A DNA stretch of 64,000 nucleotides from Octopus sinensis (GCF_006345805.1 NC_042999.1:7192001-7256000), one strand, 5' to 3'; counted from the stretch's first letter, positions 1-12,910 are shown. Notes: a model not told the origin generated them from the letters alone. Made by a program: numbers and translations.

Positions 1-560
1 AGTATAAGCCATATTGTTAGTGAGGGCTGTAAGCTCCCACAACCCGAATATAAAACGAGACACGACTATGTGGCCAGATATGTCCACTGGTTGCTGTGCG
101 GTAAAGCAAACCTCGAGAGAGCCGAACAATGGTATGAACACAAGCCAGAGGGAATAATTGAAAACGAACATTACGATATACTCTGGGATTTTAATATTCA
201 GTGCTACCAAGTTAAAGAGGCGAGACGACCAGGTATCGTGCTCATCCATAAAGATGGTCAAGAAGATGATAGATGTTGCAATACCAGGCGATTCGAGGGT
301 GAAATGTAAGGAAAGAGAAAAGACTGAGAAATACCAACCACTGCGGGACGAGACGGGAAAGTTATGGGGCATGAGGACAGTAATGGGGATACGTCCAGCA
401 TGGCTGAAAAAGATCGGTGCAAGTGTGAAGGTAGAACACTGCAAGAATTCTTCGCAGGGTGTTTGAAGCTTGGTCAATGAACAAGAGTCATCTTAGTCTT
501 CTGGTTGTGGACAGTTGACACTTCCCATCATACCCAGCAAAATAAGCTGTGAGGTTTCAT
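1..560 (+). mobile_element. 3' end of an R4/Dong-clade non-LTR retrotransposon (RLE endonuclease region plus 3' UTR), frameshifted
   Basis: ORFs 70..309 and 158..466 give ARYVHWLLC..WYEHKPEGIIENE..LWDFNIQ..RRPGIVLIHK / IDVAIPGDSRV..EKTEKYQPL..KLW, the PD-(D/E)xK RLE domain layout; followed by a (TAA)n tail at 561-607. Confidence 0.85.
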
Positions 561-607
561 ATAATAATAATAATAATGATGATAATAATAATAATAATAA
601 TAATAAT

Positions 608-690
608 GCAGTACCATGCCCTGATGCAGTACAATGCCCTGATGCAGTACAATGCCCTGATGCAGTACCTTATGCCCTGATGCAGTACCA
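608..690 (+). repeat. 18-bp tandem repeat GCAGTACMATGCCCTGAT, about 4.5 units
   Basis: Units start at 608, 626, 644, 662 (20-bp variant) and 682; no spacers between units. Confidence 0.9.
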
Positions 691-1227
691 GGCACTGACT
701 CTCGTGGCTTATGATCTTAACTGATTGGAAGTGTTATCATGTACATTGTTTTGTCTTGGTATAAAAGATGGGCTACAGCAAATATTCTGCTCAATACCAC
801 AGATTTGCTTGTCAGTTGTTTGACCTTAACCAATTGAGCATGTCCCTTAATGACTGACGATATGTGCATCTCTGATCATGAGCAGAAGTAGTGGGGGAGT
901 ATCATAGCCATGTGTTGAGATTGATTCTTTGGGATTTGGATAATTCACCTCTGGAAACATGGGTGTTTCGTTCAACATCCTTAAAAAATCCTTACTCGGG
1001 GACCTTTTGAGCAGGATGGGCTATTCGACCAGAAGAAAATTATAACTGGGCCCTATCTGCAAGATCATGTGCTGCTTATCCTGATATGAGATCACTATGT
1101 CGCGCACATATGGTTGTGATGCATGTGCCTAGTGTACCCTTATCGGACGGGTAGTCATGATGGGTATACTGGGCTTCGTATATTTTACCCCAGTGTCACT
1201 TTGATGGAATGCTCTGCACTCTCACTC
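608..1227 (+). mobile_element. Non-coding interspersed element (element X) ending ...CTCTCACTC-(AAT)n
   Basis: Second copy in reverse orientation at 34103-34568; both are bounded by (TAA)n; no real ORF. Confidence 0.8.
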
Positions 1228-1283
<56 letters not shown>

Positions 1284-2724
1284 TAATGATAATAATACTA
1301 ATGTTATGAACAAGAGCAGTTTCAACTTTTATTCAGATTATATCATCAACTAATTACCCGTTCCTAACTATCCACGGCAATTTAGGGTTTATTGAAGCAC
1401 TTATTAAGGGCTATATAAAATTAGAAACCCCAATTTGCATAAGTTACGCCTTCTTTGCAGTTAGTTCGATAAATAAATTAATACACTTTACTTTTCTGAA
1501 ATAATATACGACGCAATATGTCTAAAGATTCCAGCCTATATTGTGCAGGAGATCGATAAATAAAACTTAATTAAGTCTAGTAACATTTTATACAATTTCA
1601 CCATTCAGGGATGAACGGAATTCAAACGGATCAATTGCAGTTGTATTGAAATATCTTATTTTCCTTAATACGCACATCTACACAACACACGCTCACACAC
1701 ACCTGAAAACACATAATGTGCATACATATAAACGTTCATATGCAAGCATACACACGTGTGTGTTTGTGTGTGAATGACAGAAATGTCGACAAAACTCAAC
1801 TAAAATAAAATATGGTTTGGAGAAATTTACGTCAAGAAAGAGAATGTGAAAATGAGCCTGAGAAAAGAGTCCATTCGTTATTGAACATCTTCGATGCTTT
1901 TAGTGGCATTATGAGAGGAAGATTATAAGACTAGTGATGCTAGTCAGGAAGATTTGTATAGAAACGGATTGGCATTAATATTTGTTTCTTCTTAAAACTA
2001 CTGGTATTATTATCTAAGAAAACGAAAATCAATATGCTAAAAATGCCGTATACAAAACGGTAAATTTCCTTTGGTTCATATTGATTGCAAGACTTTCGAC
2101 ATATCTTGTAATCTTTAGAAGTGATTCCTTCCCAAAGGTTTTAAAAGCAATTACTTTGAAATAACGGTTACCAGACTTGAACATGATATTTGAATAAGCA
2201 AACATCGGAAAGTAAATTCATTATGAAATTAGATGCTATTTATTTGACTTCCAAACAACAATAAGAGAAATATTTTGCTGAAAGACAACGCTGAAAATAC
2301 CAAAACCGTGAAAGCTATGCTTGTGTTGCAGAAATCAACGTTTTCAATTCGGTCTTAATTGAAGAATTCATACATTGTATTCTGGAATCAACTTCACATT
2401 CAACTGTGGACATTCTTTCATTTATCACATCCATAAAAGTCTCGTCTATTACTTCCATCATATCTTGAACTTTTCCTCGTGAGACAAATGCTAATCTCTT
2501 TGAAATTACCTTTCAACAACAGATGCTGCTCGTCAAAACTGCATGATATACACGGGTACTCTCTCAAATGTACTGTATATACCCTCTGATAGAGCGAAGT
2601 ATAAACCACCCCCGTAGATTACTGTATATAGCTTCTCATACGGTGTTGTATATACGTTCTGATAGTAGAACCTGCATTTCCTCTCACAGTGGAGTTTGTA
2701 TATACCCGCTGACCAAGCTCTGCA

Positions 2725-3124
2725 TCGGTTACAGCAACGAGGGTTCAACTTGATCCTATCAACGGAACAGCCTGCAACGTGAAATTAATATACAAGCGGC
2801 TGAGCACTCCACGGACACGCGTACCCTCGACGTAGTCCTCAAGGAGATTCAGTGTGACACAGAATGTGACAAGGCTGGTCCCCTATGAATTACTGGTACA
2901 ATTCACTTTTACCAGCTGAGTGAACTGGAGCAATGCGAAATAAAGGCGCAGGAGTGGCTGTGTGGTAAGTAGCTTGCTAACCAACCACATGGTTGCGGGT
3001 TCAGTCCCACTGCGTGGCATCTTGGGCAAGTGTCTTCTGCTATAGCCCCGGGCCGACCAATGACTTGTGAGGGGATTTGGTAGACGGAAACTGAAAGAAG
3101 CCTGTCGTATATATGTATATATAT

Positions 3125-3158
<34 letters not shown>

Positions 3159-3460
3159 GGTGTGTGTGTGTGTGTTTGTGTGTCTGTGTTTGTCCCCCTA
3201 GCATTGCTTGACAACCGATGCTGGTGTGTTTACGTCCCCGTCACTTAGCGGTTCGGCAAAAGAGACCGATAGAATAAGTACTGGGCTTACAAAAAGAATA
3301 AGTCCCGGGGTCGATTTGCTCGACTAAAGGCGGTGCTCCAGCATGGCCGCAGTCAAATAGTAAAAGAGAGAGTAAAGAGAGTCTTGCTCAAGGGCACAGC
3401 ATGCTGTTGCGAATTGAAGACACGGCCTTACGATCGTGAGCCCCGAATACCCTTCACATA
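2725..3460 (-). mobile_element. tRNA-derived CORE-type SINE (head D, tail 1), split by a SINE A insertion at 2945-3380
   Basis: On the minus strand GTGCCCTTGAGCAAGAC|TTTATTTCGCATTGCTCCAGTTCACTCAGCTG rejoins across the insertion; tail matches the 3' half of SINE C (3714, 58011). Confidence 0.7.
2945..3380 (+). mobile_element. SINE family A (tRNA head, internal (TA)n(TG)n, LINE-like 3' tail)
   Basis: Head GGCGCAGGAGTGGCTGTGTGGTAAG, B-box-like GGTTCAGTCC, tail GGCGGTGCTCCAGCATGGCCGCAGTC then GTAAAAGA repeats; more than 10 copies in the window. Confidence 0.9.
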
Positions 3461-3713
3461 TAAGGATCCAAAGTTGATGGGTAGAGCGCTGAAACACGCC
3501 CTTCGTTTTGATTTAAACCTCACGACGCGTGAACATCTGAGGAGAGAAATCTGATCGCATGATCGGTGTGAAAGTGAATCATCTGCCAAGAAAGGTCAAC
3601 TTCAGGAAGGGAGGTAATCAGTGCGGTAAGTAACGAGTGGGTGAGGTGGGGTGGATGGGGGAAGGGAGGAGATGTAGCTGATAGGAGTGTAGGTCGTTGT
3701 ATGTTGGAGGTGT

Positions 3714-4077
3714 GGAGGCGCAATGGCCCAGTGGTTAGGGCAGCGGAATCGCGGTTGCAGGATCGCGATTTCGATTCCCAGACCGGGCGTTGTGAGTGTT
3801 TATTGAGCGAAAACACCTAAAAAGCTCCACGAGGCTCCGGCAGGGATGGTGGTGATCCCTGCTGTACTCTTTCACCACAACTTTCTCTCACTCTTACTTC
3901 CTGACTCTGTTGTACCTGTATTTCAAAGGGCCGGCCTTGTCACTCTCTTTGTCTCGCTGAATATCCCCGAGAACTACATTAAGGGTACACGTGTCAGTGG
4001 AGTGCTCAGCCACTTACACGTTAATTTCACGAGCAGGCTGTTCCCCGTCCAAATCAACGGAGTGCTTCCATCCATCC
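3714..4077 (+). mobile_element. SINE family C (head C, tail 1) with 11-bp TSD
   Basis: A box TGGCCCAGTGG, B box TTTCGATTCC; ATGTTGGAGGT at 3701-3711 and 4078-4088; short (TCCA)n tail; near-identical to 58011-58391. Confidence 0.9.
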
Positions 4078-4921
4078 ATGTTGGAGGTACGTGTGGTTGA
4101 GGCAGTATGGGTACTGAAATTTTGTGTGTGTGATGAGCTGAGAAGTTAGGACTCCTGGGCGAATGGGACATGGGAAAAAGTGCAGTTGGAAGACAAGTTA
4201 TGAAGGAAGGATAGGTGTGTGCTTGGAAAAACGGGTGGTCATATAATAATATTCCACCCTGTTTCCGTCTAACAAAAGCATCCGGAGGCATTGGTGAAGC
4301 CAGAACTGTAATATAGTAGATTTATTTGCTCAAGGTGTCAGGCAGCGGGATGGAACACGGAAGAGCGTGATTACAAAGCTGACCTCTAAACCATAAACAT
4401 TAGTAGTGATAAATGTTTATCCGAGCGCCATCGGTAGAGTCATATTGAAATGGTCGTCTTTTGATTGAGACAGATATTGGAATATTGGAATATTGGACTG
4501 CAATTTCTATGTTTATCTGTTAAATATTGTGTGAATCCATGCTTCCTGAAGAAGACCATCAAATAGTTTCTGCAAAGAAATACTTTGGTTTAATAATATT
4601 ATAAAGCTTCCACATCAAACAACCAGCGCTATTGGTATGACTTTGAGTGTGTAAAACTCTGCTAAGCGAGACTAGATAAACTAAGAGGAACCAAATAGCA
4701 AATTTAGTCGGGGTGAGAAATATATAGACACAGTTTGTAAGAGATCAGCTCAATAGTAACATCGAGTTAACGGAGAGAGGATGAGAAAGTCTTCGGCAAT
4801 GTTCTGTAATGTTTCTACGCTCGGTTTCAGTTGGATACTAAACTCGTTAGCACACACAATCACCCTCACAAACACACTCACATCTATGTGTACGTATATG
4901 CATACACGTATGAATACTAAC

Positions 4922-4960
<39 letters not shown>

Positions 4961-5049
4961 ATAGATACGCACATACACACATAATTGGTACTCCGTCGGT
5001 GACGGCAACTGGTGTTCCACTTGATTTGGTCAACGGAACAGCTTGTTCA

Positions 5050-5199
5050 ACTGTGTGGTAAGAAGCTTGCTTCTCAACCACATGCTTCCGGGTTCAGTCC
5101 CACTCCATATCACCATGGGCAAGTGCCCCCTACTATAGCCTCGGGAAAACCAAAGCATTATGAATGGATTTAGCAGATGGAAACTGAAAGAAGCCCATC

Positions 5200-5281
<82 letters not shown>

Positions 5282-5510
5282 TGTCTATGTGTTGTTGCGT
5301 GTGTGTGTGTTTGTGCGTACAAATTTCTCCACGACCACTTGATGGCCGATGCTGTTGTGTTTATGTCTCTGTAACTTAGCACTTTGCCAAAAGACACAGA
5401 TAAAGTACCAAACTTTAAAAGAAGTACTGTGGTCAATTAATTCAAGTAAAAAATTCTTAAAAGCGGCGCTCCAGCATGGCCTCAGTCTAATGACTGAAAC
5501 AAGTAAACGA
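5050..5510 (+). mobile_element. SINE family A, diverged copy
   Basis: Same head, microsatellite and tail order as 2945-3380; tail hairpin CAGTC-TAAT-GACTG. Confidence 0.8.
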
Positions 5511-7766
5511 CAAAACATATAAGATATACATCCAAACAGACAATTTAGACTCATGTTGTTTTCCTAAATACGAAGAGTCTAGAAATTATGAACGCAATAG
5601 TATTTGGCAATGTTGTTATTCGGAGCAAAACAGAAATTAATATAAATGAGTTATTTGCGGGAAACAATAAATGTTTATTTAGAATCATTGGGTGTTCGGG
5701 TAGATTTCTTAACGAATTGACTATCATAGAGGGGAATTACATTATACCGAGACTGGTTTTTGATTGGAATTAATCAAAGATGATTGTTTTGTCTGGAAAT
5801 ATATAAACTTTACTTCAGTTTTGTGGGCATTACGTGGCTGCAGAGAATCTTTGTGGATATTTCTTAAAAACACATCGCATTCATTATTCATTGAATGTAG
5901 AATAATATTGTGTAACAAAAGATGTGTAGTGCGTCTTTGAGCAGATTCGAACCATCTCGCCCCAGTTTAATTTAGAAAAAGCAGCCTAATTATGTCTCCA
6001 TAAAAGGTATAAACGACCTTGGGAGAAGTAATTGCCCGTGTAAGTGTTTACTTACTAACTAGCGTATGTCAATGATGGCAGACACCGCCCCAAAATTTAT
6101 GTAAGGTTACTGCCAAATTGTACTTAAAAGCTTCTAGAAGACTTGTCTAAGGTTGTAAAAAGCCGGCAAACTGAAACTCACAGCCGACGCATTCATATTT
6201 CACTCGGAATCTTGTCAAAATTTGTTCCGCGCGATGTGCTCTTGTCTCCTTCTCCATGTCTTTATATAGCATACACTGTATACATGGTTGACAATGACGA
6301 ATTTCCCACATGGTTTGATGTCAGCATGCGTACATACACACACCATACCATATAATTACCTTCTTTACTCGCTATTATGTTTATAATGATAATAGACACA
6401 TGTCGCATAACATATTCACCTATAACATTCTCTTTAATATATTGTAAAGCTATAAGTAGCCGAGACGTCCTTACAGAAATGTTTTCCAGTATATAAATAT
6501 ACTTTGTACATCTATAATCTGTCAGTGTTTAAAAGATAATAAATATATAGAAACACATATTATTTATGGTGTGATCATTCTTGTCAATGGACGCAGCATC
6601 TTACGTAATTACCAATGAGAACGATGACCTACACACAAATATTTGAAGTAAAGATTGATTTCATTTCGAAATAATTCGTCCTTTCACACCCAGTCAAGTC
6701 TTGGCATGGCCACAGTATATTCTTCAGTTTAACATTTCTTCACACCATATCACAAAGATCTAATTTTCTATCTACGTACAGTTCACTGCATTGGTGTATA
6801 CAATATTTTCTCGATATTTCGCGACAGGTGAATTTTCCCATAATTCTAATTAATGTATATAGGTTTACTAGTCTGATGAAAGACTAGTACACTAACCAGA
6901 TGAAGATATAGATACTATTTCTCTCAAAGCAACTAATTACATCTACTTCATATTGGAAATCTGAATTTTATGACAATTAATGTCTCGTATACTTTAACAC
7001 AGCGCAACAACTATCTTCAACAGTAGCTCCGAGGCATAAACGAGACAGAGGCCCGGCATGTCCCTGTATGAATGTGTGCGTGCGCATATGCACTAAATGC
7101 GCGTGTGTTTGTGTGTGTATCTGTGTGTGTGTGTAAATATTTGTACACACACACACACATACACACACACACAAGTTGTATTTTATCCAAAGATGGGAAG
7201 GAACAGGTGAAATGAAGTTGAAAACGCACAGAGAACATGTTAGAATTTTATAATGTTTTGAAATGTAGGAATACACTTTACTGGTTGCACATTAAATTTT
7301 CAAGTGTTTAGTGTTGGTAACCATGTCGTAAATTATGTAGATTCTGACCGTAGTTTTAAAAATAGTTTGTTACTACCAGTCAACGTAGAAATTGAATTGT
7401 CAGAGTTCATGCATTAAGTTCATGTGGCAGTCGCGTGAACTATATATATGTATGTATATAATTCAAAATACGGAGAAAAAAGGGAAGAAAAAACAGCAAC
7501 GCGAGCAGGGATCGAGGTGTAGGAAGAAAGTTAGCTTCAAACAATCCGTAATAAATATATTCTGATTGGACTTTCCATGTGTAAACCTGTACATCCTTGC
7601 GACAATGTGAACTTCCTTTTAATCAGGACATCCATGGTCTGAAGAGTAGCTTGTAGCATACAACTCGCTTGGATATTTAGCACCTCCGAGGTTTCCGCTC
7701 GCTATGAAAAATATGTAGCCCGGATCTTATCTACTCCATTCCTTAACTCATATATATATATACATA

Positions 7767-8177
7767 GGCGCAGGTGTGGCTGTGTGGTAAGTAGCTTGCT
7801 AACCAACCACATGGTTCCGGGTTCAATCCCACTGCGTGGCATCTTGGGCTAGTGTCTTCTGCTATAGCCTCGGGCCGACCAATGCCTTGTGAGTGGATTT
7901 GGTAGACGGAAACTGAAAGAAGCCTGTCGTATGTATGTATATATATATATGTATGTGTGTGTATATGTTTGTGTATCTGTGTTTGTCCCCCTAGCATTGT
8001 TTGACAACCGATGCTGGTGTGTTTACGTCCCCGTTACTTAGCGGTTCGGCAAAACAGACCGATAGAATAAGTACTGGGCTTACAAAGAATAAGTCCCGGG
8101 GTCGAGTTGCTCGACTAAAGGCGGTGCTCCAGCATGGCCGCAGTCAAATGACTGAAACAAGTAAAAGAGTAAAGAGT
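7767..8177 (+). mobile_element. SINE family A, full length
   Basis: Close match to the other A copies; tail motif at 8120-8158. Confidence 0.9.
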
Positions 8178-8179
8178 AT

Positions 8180-8690
8180 ACTCACTGTTCCCAAGGCTCC
8201 GCCAATTATTGTTACTATTACCAATTTCCTCTTGACCAAAACTGCTTATCCTCCAAAATTAACCTGTCACACCTATCGACTTTTCTTTCTTCCTTATTGC
8301 ATACCTTGTTGTCACCTGGGCATGCTATATTTATGATCCAGCATAGTTTGCTTTCTTTCTCAAGTAACACAATGTCTGGCTTCCTATTCTCTATCTCATG
8401 GTTGGTTGCACTGAATCATAAAATCCCAAAGGATCTTTGAATTATCATTTACGATGATGCCTTCGGGTTTATGTTCGTACCACATTATTCCTGTGTCAAG
8501 TTCATACTTGTTGCAAATTGTCCCATCAACAATCCATGTCATATTGTCATGACGTGTCTTATATTCCTTCTGGTCTAGTGGTGTACATTGACTGGTAATA
8601 TGCCATACGGTTTCATCATTTTATCCACAAATTCTGCACATATCACTTTCTGATGTGTTATCTATTCTGTATTTGATGGTTCTTAATTAT
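8180..8690 (-). mobile_element. Decayed R4/Dong LINE fragment (CCHC plus RLE), same family as 1-560
   Basis: Manual minus-strand translation across stops and shifts: DMCRICG..ETVWHITSQC..KEYKTRHD..WYEHKPEGII..ILWDFMIQC..RKPDIVLLEK..GGALGTVS; starts at an (AAT)n tract. Confidence 0.75.
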
Positions 8691-9095
8691 TATTATTATC
8701 ATTATTGGGGTGTTTACCTTCCCGTAACCAAGCAGTTCGGCCAAAGTACTCAGTTCGGTTTGTTAGACTAAAAATTCTTCAAGGCTGTGCTCCAGTATGG
8801 CCGCATCCTAATGACTGAAACTAGTAAGTGATAACAGTTAAAAGACAAAGATGCACCAGCATGGCCGCCCGCATATTTGTGTATCTCAGACAACAACTGG
8901 AAACGCGTAATTATGCCCATCCCGTTTTCTAAGCGTAAAGTACTTTCCATTAAAGCAAACACAGGTATATAAAGTGGCACTCCTGTGCGGCACTCACACC
9001 TCGCACGCAGCATGCCACCTCACTGCCTTTCAGCTATTTTCTTGCAAGTGGGATGTCTTAACGTATAAGAGACTCAAGCTTGTATCTCTATTATA

Positions 9096-9510
9096 TATTT
9101 CTTTATTGCCCACAAAGGGCTAAACATAGAGGGGACAAACAAGGACAGACAAACGGATTAAGTCGATTACATCGACCCCAGTGCGTAACTGGTACTTTAT
9201 TTATCGACCCCGAAAGGATGAAAGGCAAAGTCGACCTCGGTAGAATTTGAACTCAGAACGGAACGACAGACGAAATACCTATTTCTTTACTAACCACAAG
9301 GGGCTAAACACAAAGGGGACAAACAAGGACAGACAAACGGATTAAGTCGATTATATCGACCCCAGTGCGTAACTGGTACTTAATTTATCGACCCCGAAAG
9401 GATGAAAGGCAAAGTCGACCTCGGCGGAATTTGAACTCAGAACGTAACGGGAACGAAATACTGCTGGGCATTTCGCCCGGCGTGCTAACATTTCTGCCAG
9501 CTTGCTTCTT
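9096..9510 (-). mobile_element. SINE family B2 dimer (SINE B body with LINE-like tail), 22-bp TSD
   Basis: Head plus two units of about 184 bp; ends GTGGGCAATAAAGAAATA; TC(A/G)AGCTTGTATCTC(T/C)ATTATA at 9074-9095 and 9511-9532. Confidence 0.9.
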
Positions 9511-10717
9511 TCGAGCTTGTATCTCCATTATAGAGAGAGCACGGTGTTTTGACGAGGAGAAATTCATGAAATAGTTTCAACAAAGTATCTTAGTGTAGGT
9601 CTTATTTCTGCTTAGTTTTCATTCAAAAGCAATTTTACTTTCCAGTGTTTCTGAACTGGTTCTCTTAGCTGGACTTCGTTTCAATAACCTGGGCTGACTT
9701 ATTCACAGAAATGTTTTATCGCTTCGTTATTGATACAACACAGAATCATTACAAACCACCCGCCCATCACTGTAAAGCCTATCAAATCAATTTTCGCTCC
9801 TTTCTTTTCGATGATTATTTATTATTTAATAAATAGCAACTGTCCTGGATAAGGTTATGTTTTCGACTCACGAATTATCCGACATGAAAACAAAACCAGC
9901 TGGGTACAAGCAGGAACATTTCAAAAACTGAAAATAAATTTCAAACTAAAAGATTTAAAAGAAAACAATAGAAAAATGAATATTATCGTAATAGTGGGAG
10001 CCTCATTAATTTACGTTTAAACGCTAAATTGTTCAAACTTACACACGTTGTCACGTGATTTATTGATCATCTTGGCTAACACGTTTTATTTGCCTAAAAC
10101 TAGTCGGGAACAATTACAGTGAATGGTCGATGATTAACCGTTGAGTAGATATCGATAATAACATAATTACTAGAGTGATTGAGATTATCGGGAGTGGGGG
10201 AATATTGTGAATGTTTCCTTCTAGTTTTCAGAGCCGATCGAATCTAGTTATTGGTGTTAGTCATTGGGTCACTATTAGAAAATTAAGTTCCATTGTTATC
10301 CACGGCTCGCATTAGACTGTTCCATTGTTTAATGTCATTAAAAATAATATTGATAAACCGAACAGACAGAGAACACATTAGTCACTGACATATCGGCGCA
10401 TGCGCACAAAAGAGCACGCGGAATTTTATGATGGAAGCAAAAATTATATCATGTATTGATTCGATTTAACTAACGTCTGCGCTGTCTCGTTTAGGAGAGG
10501 AATATTTTCCTGTGAATCGATTGCCACAATGGTTTTCTGAACTTCAAACAAAAATTTCGATTCACATATGACCAGCACAAGTTTTGCGACATTGGTTTAA
10601 GTATTGTTTGGTTTACAAGACTAGACACAAGTCTACACGATTCCTCTGAAGATAGGCACTTTACCTGCGGGCAAGTGTCGAGAGCAGAGCTATTTAAACT
10701 GACGGCCGATTTAGGCA

Positions 10718-10752
<35 letters not shown>

Positions 10753-11326
10753 GACGCACGGGTTCTCTTTCTCTCTCTCTGACTGGAGCGGCAAATTGTA
10801 CGAGAGTGTCATTATACGTTTATTGGCGTTGCTAGAGATAGCTGCCAAATACCCTTGACATCACTTCTGCTGACGGATATAGCAAAAGAAGCACATACAA
10901 GATAACGGAGATTTAGGTGCTACGTGAAACACGAGACACGCAATGACTTGTCTTTAGCATTGGTAGCAATCGTTCGTGTTGCCTCTGGCTAAATCACTAA
11001 ACAATAGCAATAAAGCATTTGATGTTGACTTGAAAGAGGAAAAACCGTTCAGCGAGGACTTGCGAGCAGCTGATACGATTTTGCAACGATTCTTATTTCA
11101 GAGATTTCCGTCTATATTGATGGATTGTCTTGACTACAACTGGAGGGTCACCATCTGAATGGCTGCTGATTCTTCTGAGTCCTTCCACACTTTAAAGCAG
11201 GGTCCTAGTTTTCATTCCACACGGTATTCAACATTCAATGTCTTCACCAGGCAAACTTGCTGCGGTTGCCGGTTTATATGTTGGTTGAACCGGATTATAT
11301 GTTACCAAAAGCATAACAGCGACCGG

Positions 11327-11398
<72 letters not shown>

Positions 11399-12278
11399 AC
11401 ACACACACATACATACATACATGCAATCACAGACGTTAACACAATAACACACACACACGTATACATACACAAATACATACAATTACACACACACACGTAT
11501 ACACACAGACGGTCTCACACTCAAGCATACATACATACATACATATACATACATACATATACATACATACATTCATACATATATACATACATAAATATAA
11601 ATGAATACATACATACAAACGTATATACATACATACAAACGTATATACATACATACAAACGTATATAAATACATACAGTACATAAGAGAACACCTCCGCT
11701 GAACTATTGAGAAATCTGCAGTTACTCTACTCAGCTTACAAATTCAGGTTTATACCTGTAAATTCTCTTCACATCTCAAATGGCAGTTTGAAACCACCAG
11801 AGAAAACGTTGACGACTTCCATCATGGTTGTTGGTTGGTTCCCTTGGTAACAACTTTTATTAAGAATTATGGTTACCAGGGCGACGCGTAATAAAAACAA
11901 TAAACAATTGCGAATATTCCCTCTGGCGGTTTGAAACTGGAATTGTAGACGTCTAGAAATAGGTTATGATATGGGAATATTATATTAGTCAGACTATTGA
12001 ATGCTTTCTGCGAAGAATTACTATGAACTCTCGCTTTCCTGTTTAATTATATTTATACTAATTCCTATATAACGAGTTTATAAATGAATTGATGACGTTA
12101 GCTATCGCCTGTCCATCTTATGTCTAAATGTACTTTTACTAGCCTGACCAATACATTGCCTGGTGCAAAATCCTCTTGTTTACCTGGATTCTGTGTCATA
12201 TAAATATGTGTGTGTGTATATATACATACAAAAACACCCCTCTCTCTCTCTCCACACACACACATACATATATATGTA

Positions 12279-12356
<78 letters not shown>

Positions 12357-12475
12357 TACATACATACATACATACATACATACACATATACATGTATGAG
12401 AGACTAGCCATATGTCTAACATTTTAATGCTAGTGGGCGAAAATATAGACGAGAATGTTAGGAGACAGAGAATGT

Positions 12476-12910
12476 AGGTGGTGGCCTGGTAGAACCTTTA
12501 GAATGCCGGGATAAATGTTTAGCGGTATTTCGTCCTTAGCTGGCAGAATCGTTAGCACGCCGGGCGAAATGCGTAGCCGTATTTCGTCCGCCGTTACGTT
12601 CTGAGTTCAAATTCCGCCGAGGATGACTTTGCCTTTCATCCTTTCGGGGTCGATAAATAAAGTACCAAACACGCACTGGGGTCGATATAATCGACTTAAT
12701 CCGTTTGTCTGTCCTTGTTTGTCCCCTCTGTGTTTAGCCCCTTCTGGGTAGTAAAGAAATAGGTATTTCGTCCTTCTTTATGTTCTGGATTCAAACTCTG
12801 CTGAGGTTGACTTTTGAGTTCGATAAAATAAGTTTCAATTAAGAATTGGTGTCGATCTAATAGAATTAACCTACAACTAAACATTGCTGTCTCTTTGCTA
12901 AAATTTGAAA
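12476..12910 (+). mobile_element. Old SINE B copy interrupted by a young SINE B2 copy (12538-12761) with 14-bp TSD
   Basis: GGTATTTCGTCCTT at 12524-12537 and 12762-12775; flanking halves are CpG-decayed and the insert is near consensus. Confidence 0.85.

Noticed and set aside
608-690. CRISPR-like reading of the 18-bp repeat
   Set aside because: Units are contiguous with no unique spacers, there are no cas genes, and the context is eukaryotic.
6866-6889. Hairpin TACTAGTCT-GATGAA-AGACTAGTA containing CTGATGA
   Set aside because: No downstream GAAA, stem III or cleavage triplet; a 9-bp stem alone can occur by chance.
7628-7680. CTGAAGA with possible stems I and II
   Set aside because: The GAAA and cleavage triplet are missing.
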